Counted from the stretch's first letter, positions 1 through 10,578 are shown. The stretch: 53,753 nt of DNA from Polyangia bacterium (GCA_050287845.1 JBNKCR010000032.1:1-53753), one strand, 5' to 3'. A program made the numbers and translations. Notes: generated from the sequence alone by a model not told the origin.

Positions 1-143
1 AATCTGTTGATTCAGGTAACAGGATGACATATCCGGCAAGGCGCGACAACGAGTCATACTGGCGGTATGGCGAGGAGGAGCAACGCAGCAGGGATGTCAA
101 GTTTGTTGCCTGAATGGCAGAGTTATTTATGAGCAAGCCCTTA
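1..143. repeat. Structured palindromic repeat (MITE/REP-like), left arm truncated by window edge
   Basis: Nested imperfect inverted arms (TTCAGGTAAC..GTTGCCTGAA; TGACAT..ATGTCA) surround the core CCGGCAAGGCGCGA..CATAC..GTATG..GAGCAACG. The same core recurs at the far end of the window (53610-53753). Confidence 0.75.
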
Positions 144-340
144 GAGTTCGCAAACCAATAAAATTAACCGGTTCAACCAACGCAAAAGAGAAACGTTCCC
201 CGCCCCGGGGATATTGAGCCGAAATCCCCTTTGAGGGACACTCCAGATTTATGAGGAACACCCTGATTGGTTCTTGGAGGATGGGGGGATTGTTTGACCA
301 GCGCGCACCGCAATACGGACCATTTGTAAGGAGAAAAATC

Positions 341-1507
341 GTGACTGAAAGACTATTGATTCTGTTGTTATTGATGCTTTTTGCCGCATCATGTGGTGGC
401 GGAGATGCCACTGATACCAGCGGCTCCGATTCTGATTCCGATTCTGACACGGACACCGATACCGATACCGATACGGACTCAGATTCTGACATGGACACCG
501 ATACGGACACGGACACGGATACCGATATGGATTCAGATTCTGACACGGATACCGATACGGACACGGACACGGACACGGATACCGATACGGACACGGATAC
601 CGATATGGATTCAGATTCTGACACGGACACCGATACGGACACCGATACCGATATGGATTCAGATTCTGACACAGACACCGATACGGACACGGACACCGAT
701 ACCGATACGGACACGGACACGGACACGGATACCGATACGGATACCGACACCAGTTTTGAGCCGGTCATGCACATCTTCATGCTGATGGGGCAGTCCAACA
801 TGGCTGGCTATGCGGCATTTCAGGAGTCTGATAAGAATACGGACGAGCGGATTCAGCTTCTGGGAGGATGTAACAGACCCGCGGGCCAGTGGAGTGTCTC
901 CAGTCCTCCCCTGCACGAATGCTCCTGGCCAGATAACATGAACTCGACCAATGTCGTCGGTCCCGGGGATTGGTTTTCGAAAACGCTTCTTGAAAAACTG
1001 CCTGCCGGAGACACAATTGGTCTGGTTGGCGTCGCGCAAAGTGGAAAATCGATTACGACATTCATTACCGGGGGTATCTACCATCAACTGATTCTGGATA
1101 AAATTGAAATCGCCAAAAACACACCGAATGCGCGATTTGAAGGAATCATTTTTCACCAGGGAGAATCAGACAATACAAAAGAGTGGTGGCCCGATCGGGT
1201 CGTACAGCTATATGATGAAGTGAAGGCCGCATTTGGCGTGGATTATGACGTGCCGTTTCTTGCCGGTGAATTACTCTATGATTATGACGGTGTCGATGCC
1301 TGCTGCAATGATCACAATGACCTTGTGGACTCGCTCCCATCAAAAGGGGACAATTTTTATGTTATTTCAGCGGAGGGTCTGAAAGTGGATCCCAATGATT
1401 ACCCCGCCGATCAAGTGACAAAATGGGCCGCCCATTTCGGCCATGACGATACAGTGGAACTTGGCAAACGCTATGGCCAGAAGATGCTGGAACTCCTTGG
1501 CTGGTAA
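341..1507 (+). CDS. Lipoprotein, sialate O-acetylesterase / CE6-like SGNH carbohydrate esterase with Asp-Thr/Ser linker
   Basis: GTG at 341 after AGGAG. Lipobox FAASC. Motifs GQSNM, IIFHQGESD and C-terminal HF..GKRY are typical of SASA/CE6 esterases. Confidence 0.85.
   Translation: MTERLLILLLLMLFAASCGGGDATDTSGSDSDSDSDTDTDTDTDTDSDSDMDTDTDTDTDTDMDSDSDTDTDTDTDTDTDTDTDTDTDMDSDSDTDTDTDTDTDMDSDSDTDTDTDTDTDTDTDTDTDTDTDTDTDTSFEPVMHIFMLMGQSNMAGYAAFQESDKNTDERIQLLGGCNRPAGQWSVSSPPLHECSWPDNMNSTNVVGPGDWFSKTLLEKLPAGDTIGLVGVAQSGKSITTFITGGIYHQLILDKIEIAKNTPNARFEGIIFHQGESDNTKEWWPDRVVQLYDEVKAAFGVDYDVPFLAGELLYDYDGVDACCNDHNDLVDSLPSKGDNFYVISAEGLKVDPNDYPADQVTKWAAHFGHDDTVELGKRYGQKMLELLGW
428..750 (+). repeat. Coding 6-bp-period microsatellite (GAY-ACN/TCN) encoding a (DT/DS)n linker
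   Basis: Direct reading. The higher-order unit ATGGATTCAGATTCTGACAC recurs at 527, 605 and 653. Confidence 0.95.
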
Positions 1508-1550
1508 CGGTACCTGCCCCCCGCCCAGTTCGGTAGTCCCGGACCGTTCC

Positions 1551-1582
1551 ACAGACAAAGTCTTTAACAGACAAAGTCTTTA
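1551..1582 (+). repeat. Perfect 16-bp tandem duplication ACAGACAAAGTCTTTA x2
   Basis: Seen directly between two convergent genes. Confidence 0.9.
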
Positions 1583-1620
1583 ACACAGATTCCAACTTCA
1601 TCAACGGAACATCGATTGGG

Positions 1621-3426
1621 TCAGACGATATTGTATTCCTTCAGACGGGCATAGAGTTTCTGCGGATACCAACCCAGAATTCTCGCAGCTTCCCGTCTGT
1701 TTCCCCGGGCCTGTTTCAAGGCGCTTTCCACCAGTCGCTTCTCGTTCTGCTTATCTGCATTGAGCGGTGAAGTCTGCTGGTAGTGCATGATTTCATCCGG
1801 AAAATCCGAAGGGGTGATGGGCTGATTGTTCTCGGCAAAAATGACCGCCCGCTCGACGGCGTTGGACAGCTCCCGGATATTCCCGGGCCATGGATACGCT
1901 TCGAGCGCAACCTGAACCGCATCGGTCATTCCGCTGATGTGCTTTCCGGCTTCGCTGCTGAACCGGACGAGAAAATGACTGGCCAACGGCAGAATGTCTT
2001 CTTGGCGTTCCCTTAGCGGGGGAATGTCGAGAGTGACCACATTCAATCGATAATACAGGTCAGATCGGAAAATGCCGGTATCCACCGCCTCGCGCAGGTC
2101 CGCATTGGTGGCTGCGATGATTCGAATATCCACATCAATGAGTCTGGTGCTGCCCAGTCGCTGCAATTGCCGGTCCTGAAGGACCATCAGCAATTTGGCC
2201 TGGGATGAAGAATTCAGCTCACTGATTTCATCCAGAAAAAGGGTGCCACCATTGGCGGCTTCAAACAGGCCGGCCTTTCGGGCGTTGGCGCCGCTGAATG
2301 CGCCTTTTTCGTACCCGAACAATTCACTTTCAATGAGATTGTCCGGAATCGCCGCACAGTTCACTTTAATGAATGGTCCTTTGGCCCGTCTGGATGCCAG
2401 ATGCAGGGCCTGGGCTGCCCAACTCTTTCCCGTTCCCGTTTCCCCGGTAAACAGTACGGTGGTGTCTACCGGACCCACCTTTTTTTCAATCATCGAAATC
2501 AGCTCCCGGGTTTTTGCGCTGTTGCCAACGATGGTGCCCGCTTTGCCTTGAGTGGCCGACATCATCCGGTTTTCGGCATCCAGCCGGGCGAGCTTTTCGG
2601 AGCTGACCGTTGCGGTGACAATGAGTCTGCAGAAAATCAGCAGCGTCCTCAAATCTTCTTCATTGAAATTGATGTCCTCCCGAAGCCGGTTCAGGTAAAT
2701 CACCCCCCGAATTTCTCCCCGCGCAATGATGGGTGCACACATCTGGGAGCCGATTTCCCTGGATTTATCGGGAATTATCGAAGTCTCCCCATCGAAGACC
2801 ACCCCCTGTTTTTTTTCTCTCACTCTGGCCATGACCCGGGCGATGCTGGATTCCAGTTTCTCGCTTTCCCCGGTGGTCCCGAATTTCTTCGGATTTCTCA
2901 GGTATTCATCCCCAAGAACAATGATCGCGGTGGACGGTGTGAATATCTGTTGCAGCGCTTCCATGAAGTGCATCAGCAATTCGCCGGTCGTACCCATCGC
3001 ATCAAGCGCCTCTGCGATTTCAAGCAATATTTCCCAGCGCTGTGAGGAATCCGCCACTCTGGTGAACTGCAACAGTTTGCCTCTGGCAATCACCCGCGTC
3101 ATTTCTTCCCGATCCAGAACTATTGAGGGTTCCTGATCCCTACCCGTCCGATACACCAGGGAAAATGGCCCCAGTTGTATCACATCGCCTTCTGCCAGTG
3201 CACGCACGTCCACCGATTCCTGGTTTACCATGGTGCCGTTGGTACTGTGCAAATCCTCCACGTACCAGCGGTCGTCTTCAAAAAACAGTCTGGAATGGCT
3301 GCGGGAAATCCGGCGGTCCGGAAACGAAATGTCGCACCCCGGGTCCCGGCCAATGGTGAAAGAATGCCCGGACAGATTCAGTGCCTGTCGATGTCCATGA
3401 ATATTACTGAAATCGATATATGCCAT
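1621..3426 (-). CDS. Sigma54-dependent enhancer-binding protein, FHA-GAF-AAA+-Fis HTH
   Basis: FHA (IGRD..SRSH..DLHSTNGT), GAF-like MCAPI..IRGVIYL, Walker A GETGTGKS, GAFSGA, LFLDEI, WPGNIREL and a C-terminal HTH. Start set at ATG 3426 (MAYIDF). Confidence 0.92.
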   Translation of the reverse strand: MAYIDFSNIHGHRQALNLSGHSFTIGRDPGCDISFPDRRISRSHSRLFFEDDRWYVEDLHSTNGTMVNQESVDVRALAEGDVIQLGPFSLVYRTGRDQEPSIVLDREEMTRVIARGKLLQFTRVADSSQRWEILLEIAEALDAMGTTGELLMHFMEALQQIFTPSTAIIVLGDEYLRNPKKFGTTGESEKLESSIARVMARVREKKQGVVFDGETSIIPDKSREIGSQMCAPIIARGEIRGVIYLNRLREDINFNEEDLRTLLIFCRLIVTATVSSEKLARLDAENRMMSATQGKAGTIVGNSAKTRELISMIEKKVGPVDTTVLFTGETGTGKSWAAQALHLASRRAKGPFIKVNCAAIPDNLIESELFGYEKGAFSGANARKAGLFEAANGGTLFLDEISELNSSSQAKLLMVLQDRQLQRLGSTRLIDVDIRIIAATNADLREAVDTGIFRSDLYYRLNVVTLDIPPLRERQEDILPLASHFLVRFSSEAGKHISGMTDAVQVALEAYPWPGNIRELSNAVERAVIFAENNQPITPSDFPDEIMHYQQTSPLNADKQNEKRLVESALKQARGNRREAARILGWYPQKLYARLKEYNIV

Positions 3427-3655
3427 TTTACGTATCGCAGTTTCCGCATTTTCTTTCCCTATTAATGTACCCGCTGGGGCCAGGGTGTCCAGGTGTCGGG
3501 CAACACATCCGCAGGACATGAAGACGCACCAGAAACCGGCCCGCATCAATCCTCTGAATATAGGTACCATCATATTGAAAACGATTTTTAAAAGACTGAA
3601 ATTTTTCCGGCGCGGGTCGTTACAGATCAACGCGACGTCAAGAATGGGATACTCA

Positions 3656-5251
3656 ATGTGGATAACGGTGAAAGAGTCTTCGATAATCAGAAATCACGCT
3701 GCCAGTGCTCGCGTCGTGCTGCTGTTCGCCTGCCTGCTTGGCGCATTGATGCCGGTGAGCGGCCGCGCTGCGCAGGCTCAATCCGTGGGCGTCTCCAGAT
3801 ACGGACTGAAGGGGGGCGACCATGTGGGGATTCTCACCGATGACCACCGGGAGCTGACGATAGGAGCCCATGGGGGATACGGTGTTGTTGAAAGCATGGG
3901 GCCGGTCAAGGGCGTCCATCAGGGACTGTACGGACACTTCGCTGCCGACTTGCATCTGTCGCCGGTATTTGCGGTGGCGTTGGGGGTCTCCGGGACGGTG
4001 CAGTTCCACCCGAAGGATGAATTCGGTTCGGATAAAAGTATTCTGGGAGTGCCTTTTCTTCGAATACGCAGCGGGGTGCCGATCACCCCCAGATTGAAAC
4101 TGGGTGGAGAGATTCGCATCGTGGTGCCGGGAGAAAAAGCACCTTCACTGGCCTGGTCCGGGACCACCATGGATCTGTCATTGCTGATTACCGTGATGCC
4201 GAAAAGCGGACATACCCTCGCTGCGACAGCCGGGTTTCGTCTGGACAACAGTGAAAACGCAGCACCTGACCCCATGCGAACGCGATACGGTGACCGCGTG
4301 GCCATGCAGTATTCTTCCGCCCATGCCATTTTAGCGGGGATATTGTGGATGTTGCAGTGCCGAGTCGCAGCAGTCTGGACCGAACTCTCCGGAGACATTC
4401 TGCTGAGCGACGACATTGCCATATCAACGGTACCAATGCGTTTCGCAACCGGTGTACGCTACCACCTGAATGAACAGATTCAATTTCACTTAACCACGTC
4501 CACATCACTGAGCAGGCGCCCGGATATTTCCCCGGGAACCCCGTTGGTTCCCATAGAACCGAGGTTCCTTGGGCTGCTGGGCATCACGTGGAAATTTGCC
4601 TTTGGCGCCAAACCCAGTTTCAGAAATACCGCAGGCAATGACCCTGCCGCCAATACCCGTACTTCTGCGCAGATGCAGAACGATGCCGAAGCACAACCGG
4701 CGAGCGACACGTCGCAGGACACGCAGGGCGCCGCCGGGAGCGAAACCGAAACTGCGGGTACAGTGGCATCGACAGTGCGCGATGTCTCCGGACTGCCAGT
4801 TGCCGGGGCTGCAGTGACCGTTGTTTCCGGTGAGTTTGAAGTACACGTCACAACCAATCGCAGGGGCCAATTCAGCGTCTCCGGCGTCCCGTTGGGAAAA
4901 GCGGAAATTGTGGTGGAAATGCCGTTCTTTGAAACCAGCCGAACAACCATTGCCGTCTCCGGCGACGGCCAGAGTGAAGTGGCGCTCCCGGTCCTCGTGG
5001 AGAGCGAAGTGGGAAGCCAGATTCGCGGATTGGTACGGAACCTGGCGGGGAAGGGGGTGGTGGCCACCATCACGGTGACTCCGGATAAACGTCAGCTGAC
5101 CACGAATTCGGACGGCGAGTTTCAGCTGGATGTGGAACCGGGGAGTTACACCGTTACTGTCCGGGCGCCCGGGTATCGGAATCAGCGGAGAGTCGTGAAG
5201 GTTGGCAACAACAGTGTGGAGATATTGAATGTGGAGCTGCGAAAAAAATAG
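3656..5251 (+). CDS. Exported protein: beta-rich N-terminal region plus two carboxypeptidase-regulatory-like domains
   Basis: Signal peptide. GLPVAGAAVTV..TNRRGQFS and TTNSDGEF..PGSYTVTVRAPGY are CarboxypepD_reg-like. Start uncertain. Confidence 0.7.
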   Translation: MWITVKESSIIRNHAASARVVLLFACLLGALMPVSGRAAQAQSVGVSRYGLKGGDHVGILTDDHRELTIGAHGGYGVVESMGPVKGVHQGLYGHFAADLHLSPVFAVALGVSGTVQFHPKDEFGSDKSILGVPFLRIRSGVPITPRLKLGGEIRIVVPGEKAPSLAWSGTTMDLSLLITVMPKSGHTLAATAGFRLDNSENAAPDPMRTRYGDRVAMQYSSAHAILAGILWMLQCRVAAVWTELSGDILLSDDIAISTVPMRFATGVRYHLNEQIQFHLTTSTSLSRRPDISPGTPLVPIEPRFLGLLGITWKFAFGAKPSFRNTAGNDPAANTRTSAQMQNDAEAQPASDTSQDTQGAAGSETETAGTVASTVRDVSGLPVAGAAVTVVSGEFEVHVTTNRRGQFSVSGVPLGKAEIVVEMPFFETSRTTIAVSGDGQSEVALPVLVESEVGSQIRGLVRNLAGKGVVATITVTPDKRQLTTNSDGEFQLDVEPGSYTVTVRAPGYRNQRRVVKVGNNSVEILNVELRKK

Positions 5252-5261
5252 ACCACGCACC

Positions 5262-6827
5262 ATGTTGAACGCTTCGTTGATGCGTCATTGGGCCGTCTGG
5301 CTGGTGCTGTGGGGGCCTGCAGTGCTCCTGTGGTCGTCGTGCAGCGGCTGCGCCGAATCTCCCCTGGCCACCCTGGCGAATGCCAGGGGGACTGTTGAAA
5401 GAGACTTTGCTCCATCCATGCGCCGGTGGCAACCGGCAGAAAAAGGGGCGACGTTTCGCCTCAATGACGGTATTCGCACCCGCGCACAATCCGAGGCGGA
5501 GCTGTGGCTCCGGGATGGGTCGGGATTGCGGATGCTGCAGAATTCATTCATTCGATTTTCAAAGACGCCTCCCGGTGAGAAACGGGTTGGGTTAAAGATT
5601 GAAGAAGGGGTGATTCTCATTGATGCCGTTACCGATAATCTTGAAATCAGTACCCGCTACGGCGTGGCGATTGTCAAGAAGGGCACACGAATCAAATTAA
5701 CCCGGGGAAAAGATGGTGTGGAACTGGAAGTGCAGATTGGCAAGGCACGCTTTGTGAAGGGAGAGCAGACCACAGAACTGATTGCCGGTCAGCGAATTCA
5801 GATAACGGTGGGACAGGCAGTGTTTCTTGCGGATACCGACTTCGGGGAGATTCCACCATCGGATGCAGGGGATTCTGATGCGGTGGAGGAACTTGAAAAC
5901 CCCGATGGCGCCGCCACCATGGTCGATACCGGGGAGACATTGACGGAGCGCGGGGACCCCCTCCGGAGCGATCAATCCTTCCGCAGAGATGAAGAAACCA
6001 CTGTGCTCACGCCGGACATCCTGCTTTCCGCCGGCGAATCCCCATGGATTCATACTGTGCGGGGGCCGGTGAACATTGCGGTCAGCACCCGTGGATTGTG
6101 TCGAAAAGGCGGCGTGCTGAAACACGGAAGAAAAAATTATCCATTCACTGCAGATCATCCCGCGGTGTTTTCGGTAAACCCCGGATACAGTAGATACTTC
6201 ATTCACTGCGCCGACGACCCATCGGAGAATCCCCGGCACGCCGATGCCGAAGGCCGGGTACATATTATCCTGGATCGGGGAAAAATTCGCCTCGTTCACA
6301 CACCGCCCGTCTCGACGGTGCTCATGGATGGCAGAACGTACAGTGTGTACTACCAGAGTCGTCTGCCCACTATTCGTGTGAAATGGCCCACCGCCCCGGA
6401 GAGTAGTCGGTTCACCCTTCGGGTCAACGGCGATGATTCGAAAACCCTGAGTCTGTCGGCGCCCCAGCATACATTCGCATCCGGCGATTTGAAAGAGGGC
6501 ACTATTCAGTTCACCTTTTTCGAAGAAAACAGCGGGGCACGCTCGCGCCGCACCACACTGAAAATTCTGTTCGATAACGTCAGCGAAAAGGCGAATCTGG
6601 TGGAACCGGCAGAAGGCAGCTTTGAAAACGGGGCAACGGTGTCTGTTCGCGGCATCGCCATGGTTGGATGGCAGGTAAGCGTGCCCACCGGTAAGGTGAC
6701 CATGACCGGTTCCGGCCGATTCGAAGGCACCGTTCACCATCAGAACGGATACCGGGCCATCTGGCTCAGATTGTCTCACCCCGGACGGGGGGTGCATTAC
6801 TATATCAGACGCGCGAGAACACAGTAA
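5262..6827 (+). CDS. FecR-domain exported/lipoprotein
   Basis: GTVER..DGIRT..SEAELWLRDGSGLRMLQNS is a FecR-like beta domain. Hydrophobic N-terminus with Cys. Confidence 0.7.
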   Translation: MLNASLMRHWAVWLVLWGPAVLLWSSCSGCAESPLATLANARGTVERDFAPSMRRWQPAEKGATFRLNDGIRTRAQSEAELWLRDGSGLRMLQNSFIRFSKTPPGEKRVGLKIEEGVILIDAVTDNLEISTRYGVAIVKKGTRIKLTRGKDGVELEVQIGKARFVKGEQTTELIAGQRIQITVGQAVFLADTDFGEIPPSDAGDSDAVEELENPDGAATMVDTGETLTERGDPLRSDQSFRRDEETTVLTPDILLSAGESPWIHTVRGPVNIAVSTRGLCRKGGVLKHGRKNYPFTADHPAVFSVNPGYSRYFIHCADDPSENPRHADAEGRVHIILDRGKIRLVHTPPVSTVLMDGRTYSVYYQSRLPTIRVKWPTAPESSRFTLRVNGDDSKTLSLSAPQHTFASGDLKEGTIQFTFFEENSGARSRRTTLKILFDNVSEKANLVEPAEGSFENGATVSVRGIAMVGWQVSVPTGKVTMTGSGRFEGTVHHQNGYRAIWLRLSHPGRGVHYYIRRARTQ

Positions 6828-6848
6828 CCAGCGTACAGGGAGCGTCGA

Positions 6849-8741
6849 ATGAACAGTCGAGGAACCAACAGCTCTATTTTTGATGCGGATGTCACTGGCA
6901 AAGTTGTACTCGGCCGGTACCATATCGTGCGTAAAATTGCATCGGGAGGAATGGGGGTGGTGTATCTGGCCAGATACACGGGAGCCCATGACTTCGCGAA
7001 ACCGGTGGTGGTAAAAATTATCCTTCCCGGATATGCCAGAGAAGAACAGTTTCTGGGTATGTTCATTCGGGAAGCCAAAATACTTTCGTCGCTGCATCAT
7101 CCCGGCATCGTGGAAGTGATCGATTTTGGTGAGCAGGACGATTACTACGTGATGGTGCTGGAATATGTGCACGGATTTCAACTGCGGGAATGGGCGCGCT
7201 ATCGCAAACATATCGGCAAGGTCTTTTCCATTGATGTCGTGTTGAAAATTATCGTTGAAGTTCTGGAAGCCCTATATCACGCTCATACGCTTGAGACTTC
7301 GAACGATGGCCCCCGCAGAGTCATTCATCGCGACATTTCACCATCCAACGTGATGCTCCGGGCGGATGGTCGGCTCAAGCTGGTGGATTTCGGCATTGCG
7401 CGAATGAGCAACGTGACTGGCGGGTACCGTACCGAATCCGGATCGTTTCGGGGAAAACTGTCCTACTCGGCCCCGGAGCGTTTTGGCTCCAGTGATTTGA
7501 CCCCGGAAACCGACATTTACTCCGTTGGCGTTATGCTTCATGAGTTACTGACCGGGGAGAACGAATTTTTTACCGGAGATCATGCCAGCACCATTGCCAG
7601 AGTGCTGAATCATCAGGTGAGCTCGGTTCTCAGGCGACGTCCCGACGCACCACCCAGACTGGATCGGATTATTGCCAGGGCCCTGGCGAAGGACTGGGAA
7701 AAGCGGTACGGCAGCGCCATGGATTTTGCCAACGATTTGCGCGGAATGCTGGTGCAGAGAGAATCTGCTGTAAAAGAAAAAATCGCTGCCCTGGTTGCCG
7801 AGGATTTTACCGATGAGATGGCGCAGTATCTGGGATGCCAGTCGCTGAACGATCTGGAACGCGCCTGGCGACATCCATCCACCCTTCCCGTCGCGGCCTA
7901 TATCGAGGACAGCGGGCAGGAAAACACCATCAATCTCAGTCAATCGCCCCCCGGGCCGGTCGTCAGCTTGCCGCCTATCACGGATGTTTTCAAAAACCGC
8001 TATAAATCCACACTGCCGATGCAACAGAATGCACCTCCGGCCCTTTCGGTACTTCGCGGGCCAACGGCCGAAACGGACGAGGAAGGTCAGATTCACATCA
8101 CTTCCGGGGGACAGACCGAGGTGGTATTCAGCATGCGCCCATTGACCATTATCGGTATTCTGTTGATTGCCATGGCGAGCGTGGCGGGCATCGTTTATTT
8201 TTTTATGAGCCGGCAAGATACCAACCCTCCCGACAAATTTTTTCTGGTACAGGAGAACGGCGCATTTCCTGCTGCCACTTCATCCGACCCGGAACCGGTG
8301 ATGCCCCCGGATTCACCGGTCGACGAAGTGGACGCTTCCCGGATTGCGTTGGCGGCAGAAAGCACACCGGATGAACCGGTGGCGCCCTTTCAATCGAAAT
8401 CCGACATCGGGCTCAATAAACGGCCAGAGAAGGCGAAACGTGCCCTCACGGAGGATGTGCAACTGATGATGCTTTCAAAAGTGTTTCAGAAGGAACAGCG
8501 GGCGGTGGAGCGATGTCTGGCGCACAACGAAAGCCTGCTCGCCGGAATTGACCGCATTTTTGTCCGGTTTGCCGTGGATGCCGCCGGTCATGTCACCCGA
8601 TCATCGGTAACGCCGGCCAGACTGTCCGGCACCGAGCTGGCCGGGTGTATTGAAAATATCGCCCAGAAAACCCGGTTTCCCGCATTGAACAAATCGCTGT
8701 CGTTTGCCATCCCCATCGCAGTGACCCGGTCCGGGAACTGA
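6849..8741 (+). CDS. Membrane Ser/Thr protein kinase with C-terminal AgmX/PglI-C (TonB-C-like) domain
   Basis: GGMGVV, VVK, HRDISPSN, DFG and SAPE motifs. One TM segment. C-terminal V.RC..VRFAVDAAGHV..GCIE..RFP pattern. Confidence 0.92.
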   Translation: MNSRGTNSSIFDADVTGKVVLGRYHIVRKIASGGMGVVYLARYTGAHDFAKPVVVKIILPGYAREEQFLGMFIREAKILSSLHHPGIVEVIDFGEQDDYYVMVLEYVHGFQLREWARYRKHIGKVFSIDVVLKIIVEVLEALYHAHTLETSNDGPRRVIHRDISPSNVMLRADGRLKLVDFGIARMSNVTGGYRTESGSFRGKLSYSAPERFGSSDLTPETDIYSVGVMLHELLTGENEFFTGDHASTIARVLNHQVSSVLRRRPDAPPRLDRIIARALAKDWEKRYGSAMDFANDLRGMLVQRESAVKEKIAALVAEDFTDEMAQYLGCQSLNDLERAWRHPSTLPVAAYIEDSGQENTINLSQSPPGPVVSLPPITDVFKNRYKSTLPMQQNAPPALSVLRGPTAETDEEGQIHITSGGQTEVVFSMRPLTIIGILLIAMASVAGIVYFFMSRQDTNPPDKFFLVQENGAFPAATSSDPEPVMPPDSPVDEVDASRIALAAESTPDEPVAPFQSKSDIGLNKRPEKAKRALTEDVQLMMLSKVFQKEQRAVERCLAHNESLLAGIDRIFVRFAVDAAGHVTRSSVTPARLSGTELAGCIENIAQKTRFPALNKSLSFAIPIAVTRSGN

Positions 8742-9087
8742 CCATCGCCGGGCATCTGCCGGGGCATTCGGAATGGACTCGGTTTTCCCGGGATAGGGCG
8801 GAACAATCGATTTTCAGTTTCGCAATATAGGAATGCCAATATGCAATCCGGTTTTCAGGGTGCCACCCAGTATGTCTGTGGATGTGCGTTTCCCTCATAC
8901 GTTGACTCCTTGAGCAACCCATCATACAGATCATACGCAGGCCATCATACTTACAGACATTTTTGTGCACTGGAATGGATTTGCCATCCGTCAACCTGTT
9001 GAAACCCGGGTAGGTCCCATCATGGAATATCTTTTGCAGATGGCTCACCACCGGACCTTCAATCACCTTCAACCCGGGGGACGACGC

Positions 9088-10578
9088 ATGACGGTCAAAT
9101 CGAACACCAGTCGCGCAATTTCACACTTTCAAAGAGAGTATCAGATAATTGGCGAGCTCCGTTCCGGTGGTATGGGACGAGTGTATCTGGCCATCATGAA
9201 CGGCCCGCTCAACACCCACCAGAAAGTCGTACTGAAACTCCCTCGCAGCCTCCGTGATGCAGCCAGGTATCAGCGGGATTTTGAAAACGAAGCCAGGGTC
9301 ATGGCCCAACTGAATCACCCCAACATCGTCCGTGTCATCGAATGGACCGAAATGAACGGCGGCGCTCCGTGTATGGTGTGCGAGCTCATTGAAGGCTTTG
9401 AACTCCGGGATATCATCCGATTGTACAGGTCGAACAGTCAGTGGATTCCGCTTCAGATTGTCGCGCAGATTATGCTGCAGGCCTGCGAAGCCATGCAGTA
9501 CGTGCATACGGCCAAAGCAATCGACGGGACCCCCCTTCACATTGTGCACAGAGACATCGATGCCTCGAACATCATGGTTACCGACGGCGGTTTTGTAAAA
9601 GTGATTGATTTCGGGATTGCCCGCAATGTCATGCATGAGAGCGTCACCGAGCCGGGTGTCTATAAAGGCAGGATGATCAATATGTCTCCGGATGTCTTTC
9701 TGCATTCCGAAGTGGACCATCGGGCTGATATTTTTTCCATGGGTATTTTGCTGTACGAATTGCTCACTGGCGTGCGGCCCCGGCAGTTCGGGGCCACCGA
9801 CAGTATCACCCGGATGATTGAAATCATCAGGACGCTGGAAATCCCCAGACCGTCCGATATCGTACCCCACGTGCCCGATGTGTTTGACCGGATTGTGTCG
9901 AAAGCCACGCGGCTGAACCGGGAGAACCGATATCAGAGCGCCGCTGAAATGTTCAATGATCTGCGTACGGTATCCAGAACGCTGGCTGCAGGCCCCTCCC
10001 ATATGTCCGTCCGAAAATGGGTACTGAACGATCTTGCTGTCCTGCGCAAAGAAAGGGATGACAAGGTTCAAAAAGCGTTGGCATCGCCATCCGGCATTCC
10101 GAATTTCGCCGGTGAACGCAATAACCGGGTCCGTCGCTACCCTTCCGCGACGACATGGCAGGTCGCGGTGGCCAACCACTGGGCAGCAATGAAACGCGCG
10201 TTCCGGCAGTTCGGACGGGGACACCGGCCTCATCTGGCGTTGAAGGCGGCTTCACTGGCTGTCGTATTCGCTGCCGCCGCAATCACCGCATTCAGCACAG
10301 GCGTCATCGGGTCGCATTCACCTCAGAAATCCCCATCTGTTCAGGTGGAAACCGTCACGGAGTTCATTGCGTTGGATGATCAGCAGAATCACCGTTTATC
10401 CCCCCTCACCCACCGCAGGCAAACAAAAGAATCCGCAGACCCGGGTTCCGGGGCCGATGCCGTGAATTCACCGGAGGATTCGGCCCTCAGTCTCCGGGAT
10501 GCATCGAGTCATACACATCATACGCCCCTTCATACACGTCCTTCATCCACTGCGGCGGGTGCAGGCAAAACAGAATAA
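9088..10578 (+). CDS. Membrane Ser/Thr protein kinase
   Basis: GGMGRV, VLK, HRDIDASN, DFG and DIFSMG motifs. C-terminal hydrophobic segment. Start set at ATG 9088. Confidence 0.9.
   Translation: MTVKSNTSRAISHFQREYQIIGELRSGGMGRVYLAIMNGPLNTHQKVVLKLPRSLRDAARYQRDFENEARVMAQLNHPNIVRVIEWTEMNGGAPCMVCELIEGFELRDIIRLYRSNSQWIPLQIVAQIMLQACEAMQYVHTAKAIDGTPLHIVHRDIDASNIMVTDGGFVKVIDFGIARNVMHESVTEPGVYKGRMINMSPDVFLHSEVDHRADIFSMGILLYELLTGVRPRQFGATDSITRMIEIIRTLEIPRPSDIVPHVPDVFDRIVSKATRLNRENRYQSAAEMFNDLRTVSRTLAAGPSHMSVRKWVLNDLAVLRKERDDKVQKALASPSGIPNFAGERNNRVRRYPSATTWQVAVANHWAAMKRAFRQFGRGHRPHLALKAASLAVVFAAAAITAFSTGVIGSHSPQKSPSVQVETVTEFIALDDQQNHRLSPLTHRRQTKESADPGSGADAVNSPEDSALSLRDASSHTHHTPLHTRPSSTAAGAGKTE

Noticed and set aside
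145..200. c-di-GMP-I riboswitch-like GCAAACC..ACGCAAA
   Set aside because: No P2 stem with GNRA loop and no P3 pairing.
127..801. 224-aa (SV)n ORF and other alternate-frame ORFs over the DT/DS tracts (also 34640-35074)
   Set aside because: Shadow frames of stop-free microsatellites inside real lipoprotein genes.
8971..8985. Sigma54 promoter TGGAATGGATTTGC before kinase 2
   Set aside because: GG-to-GC spacing is one base short of the strict requirement.
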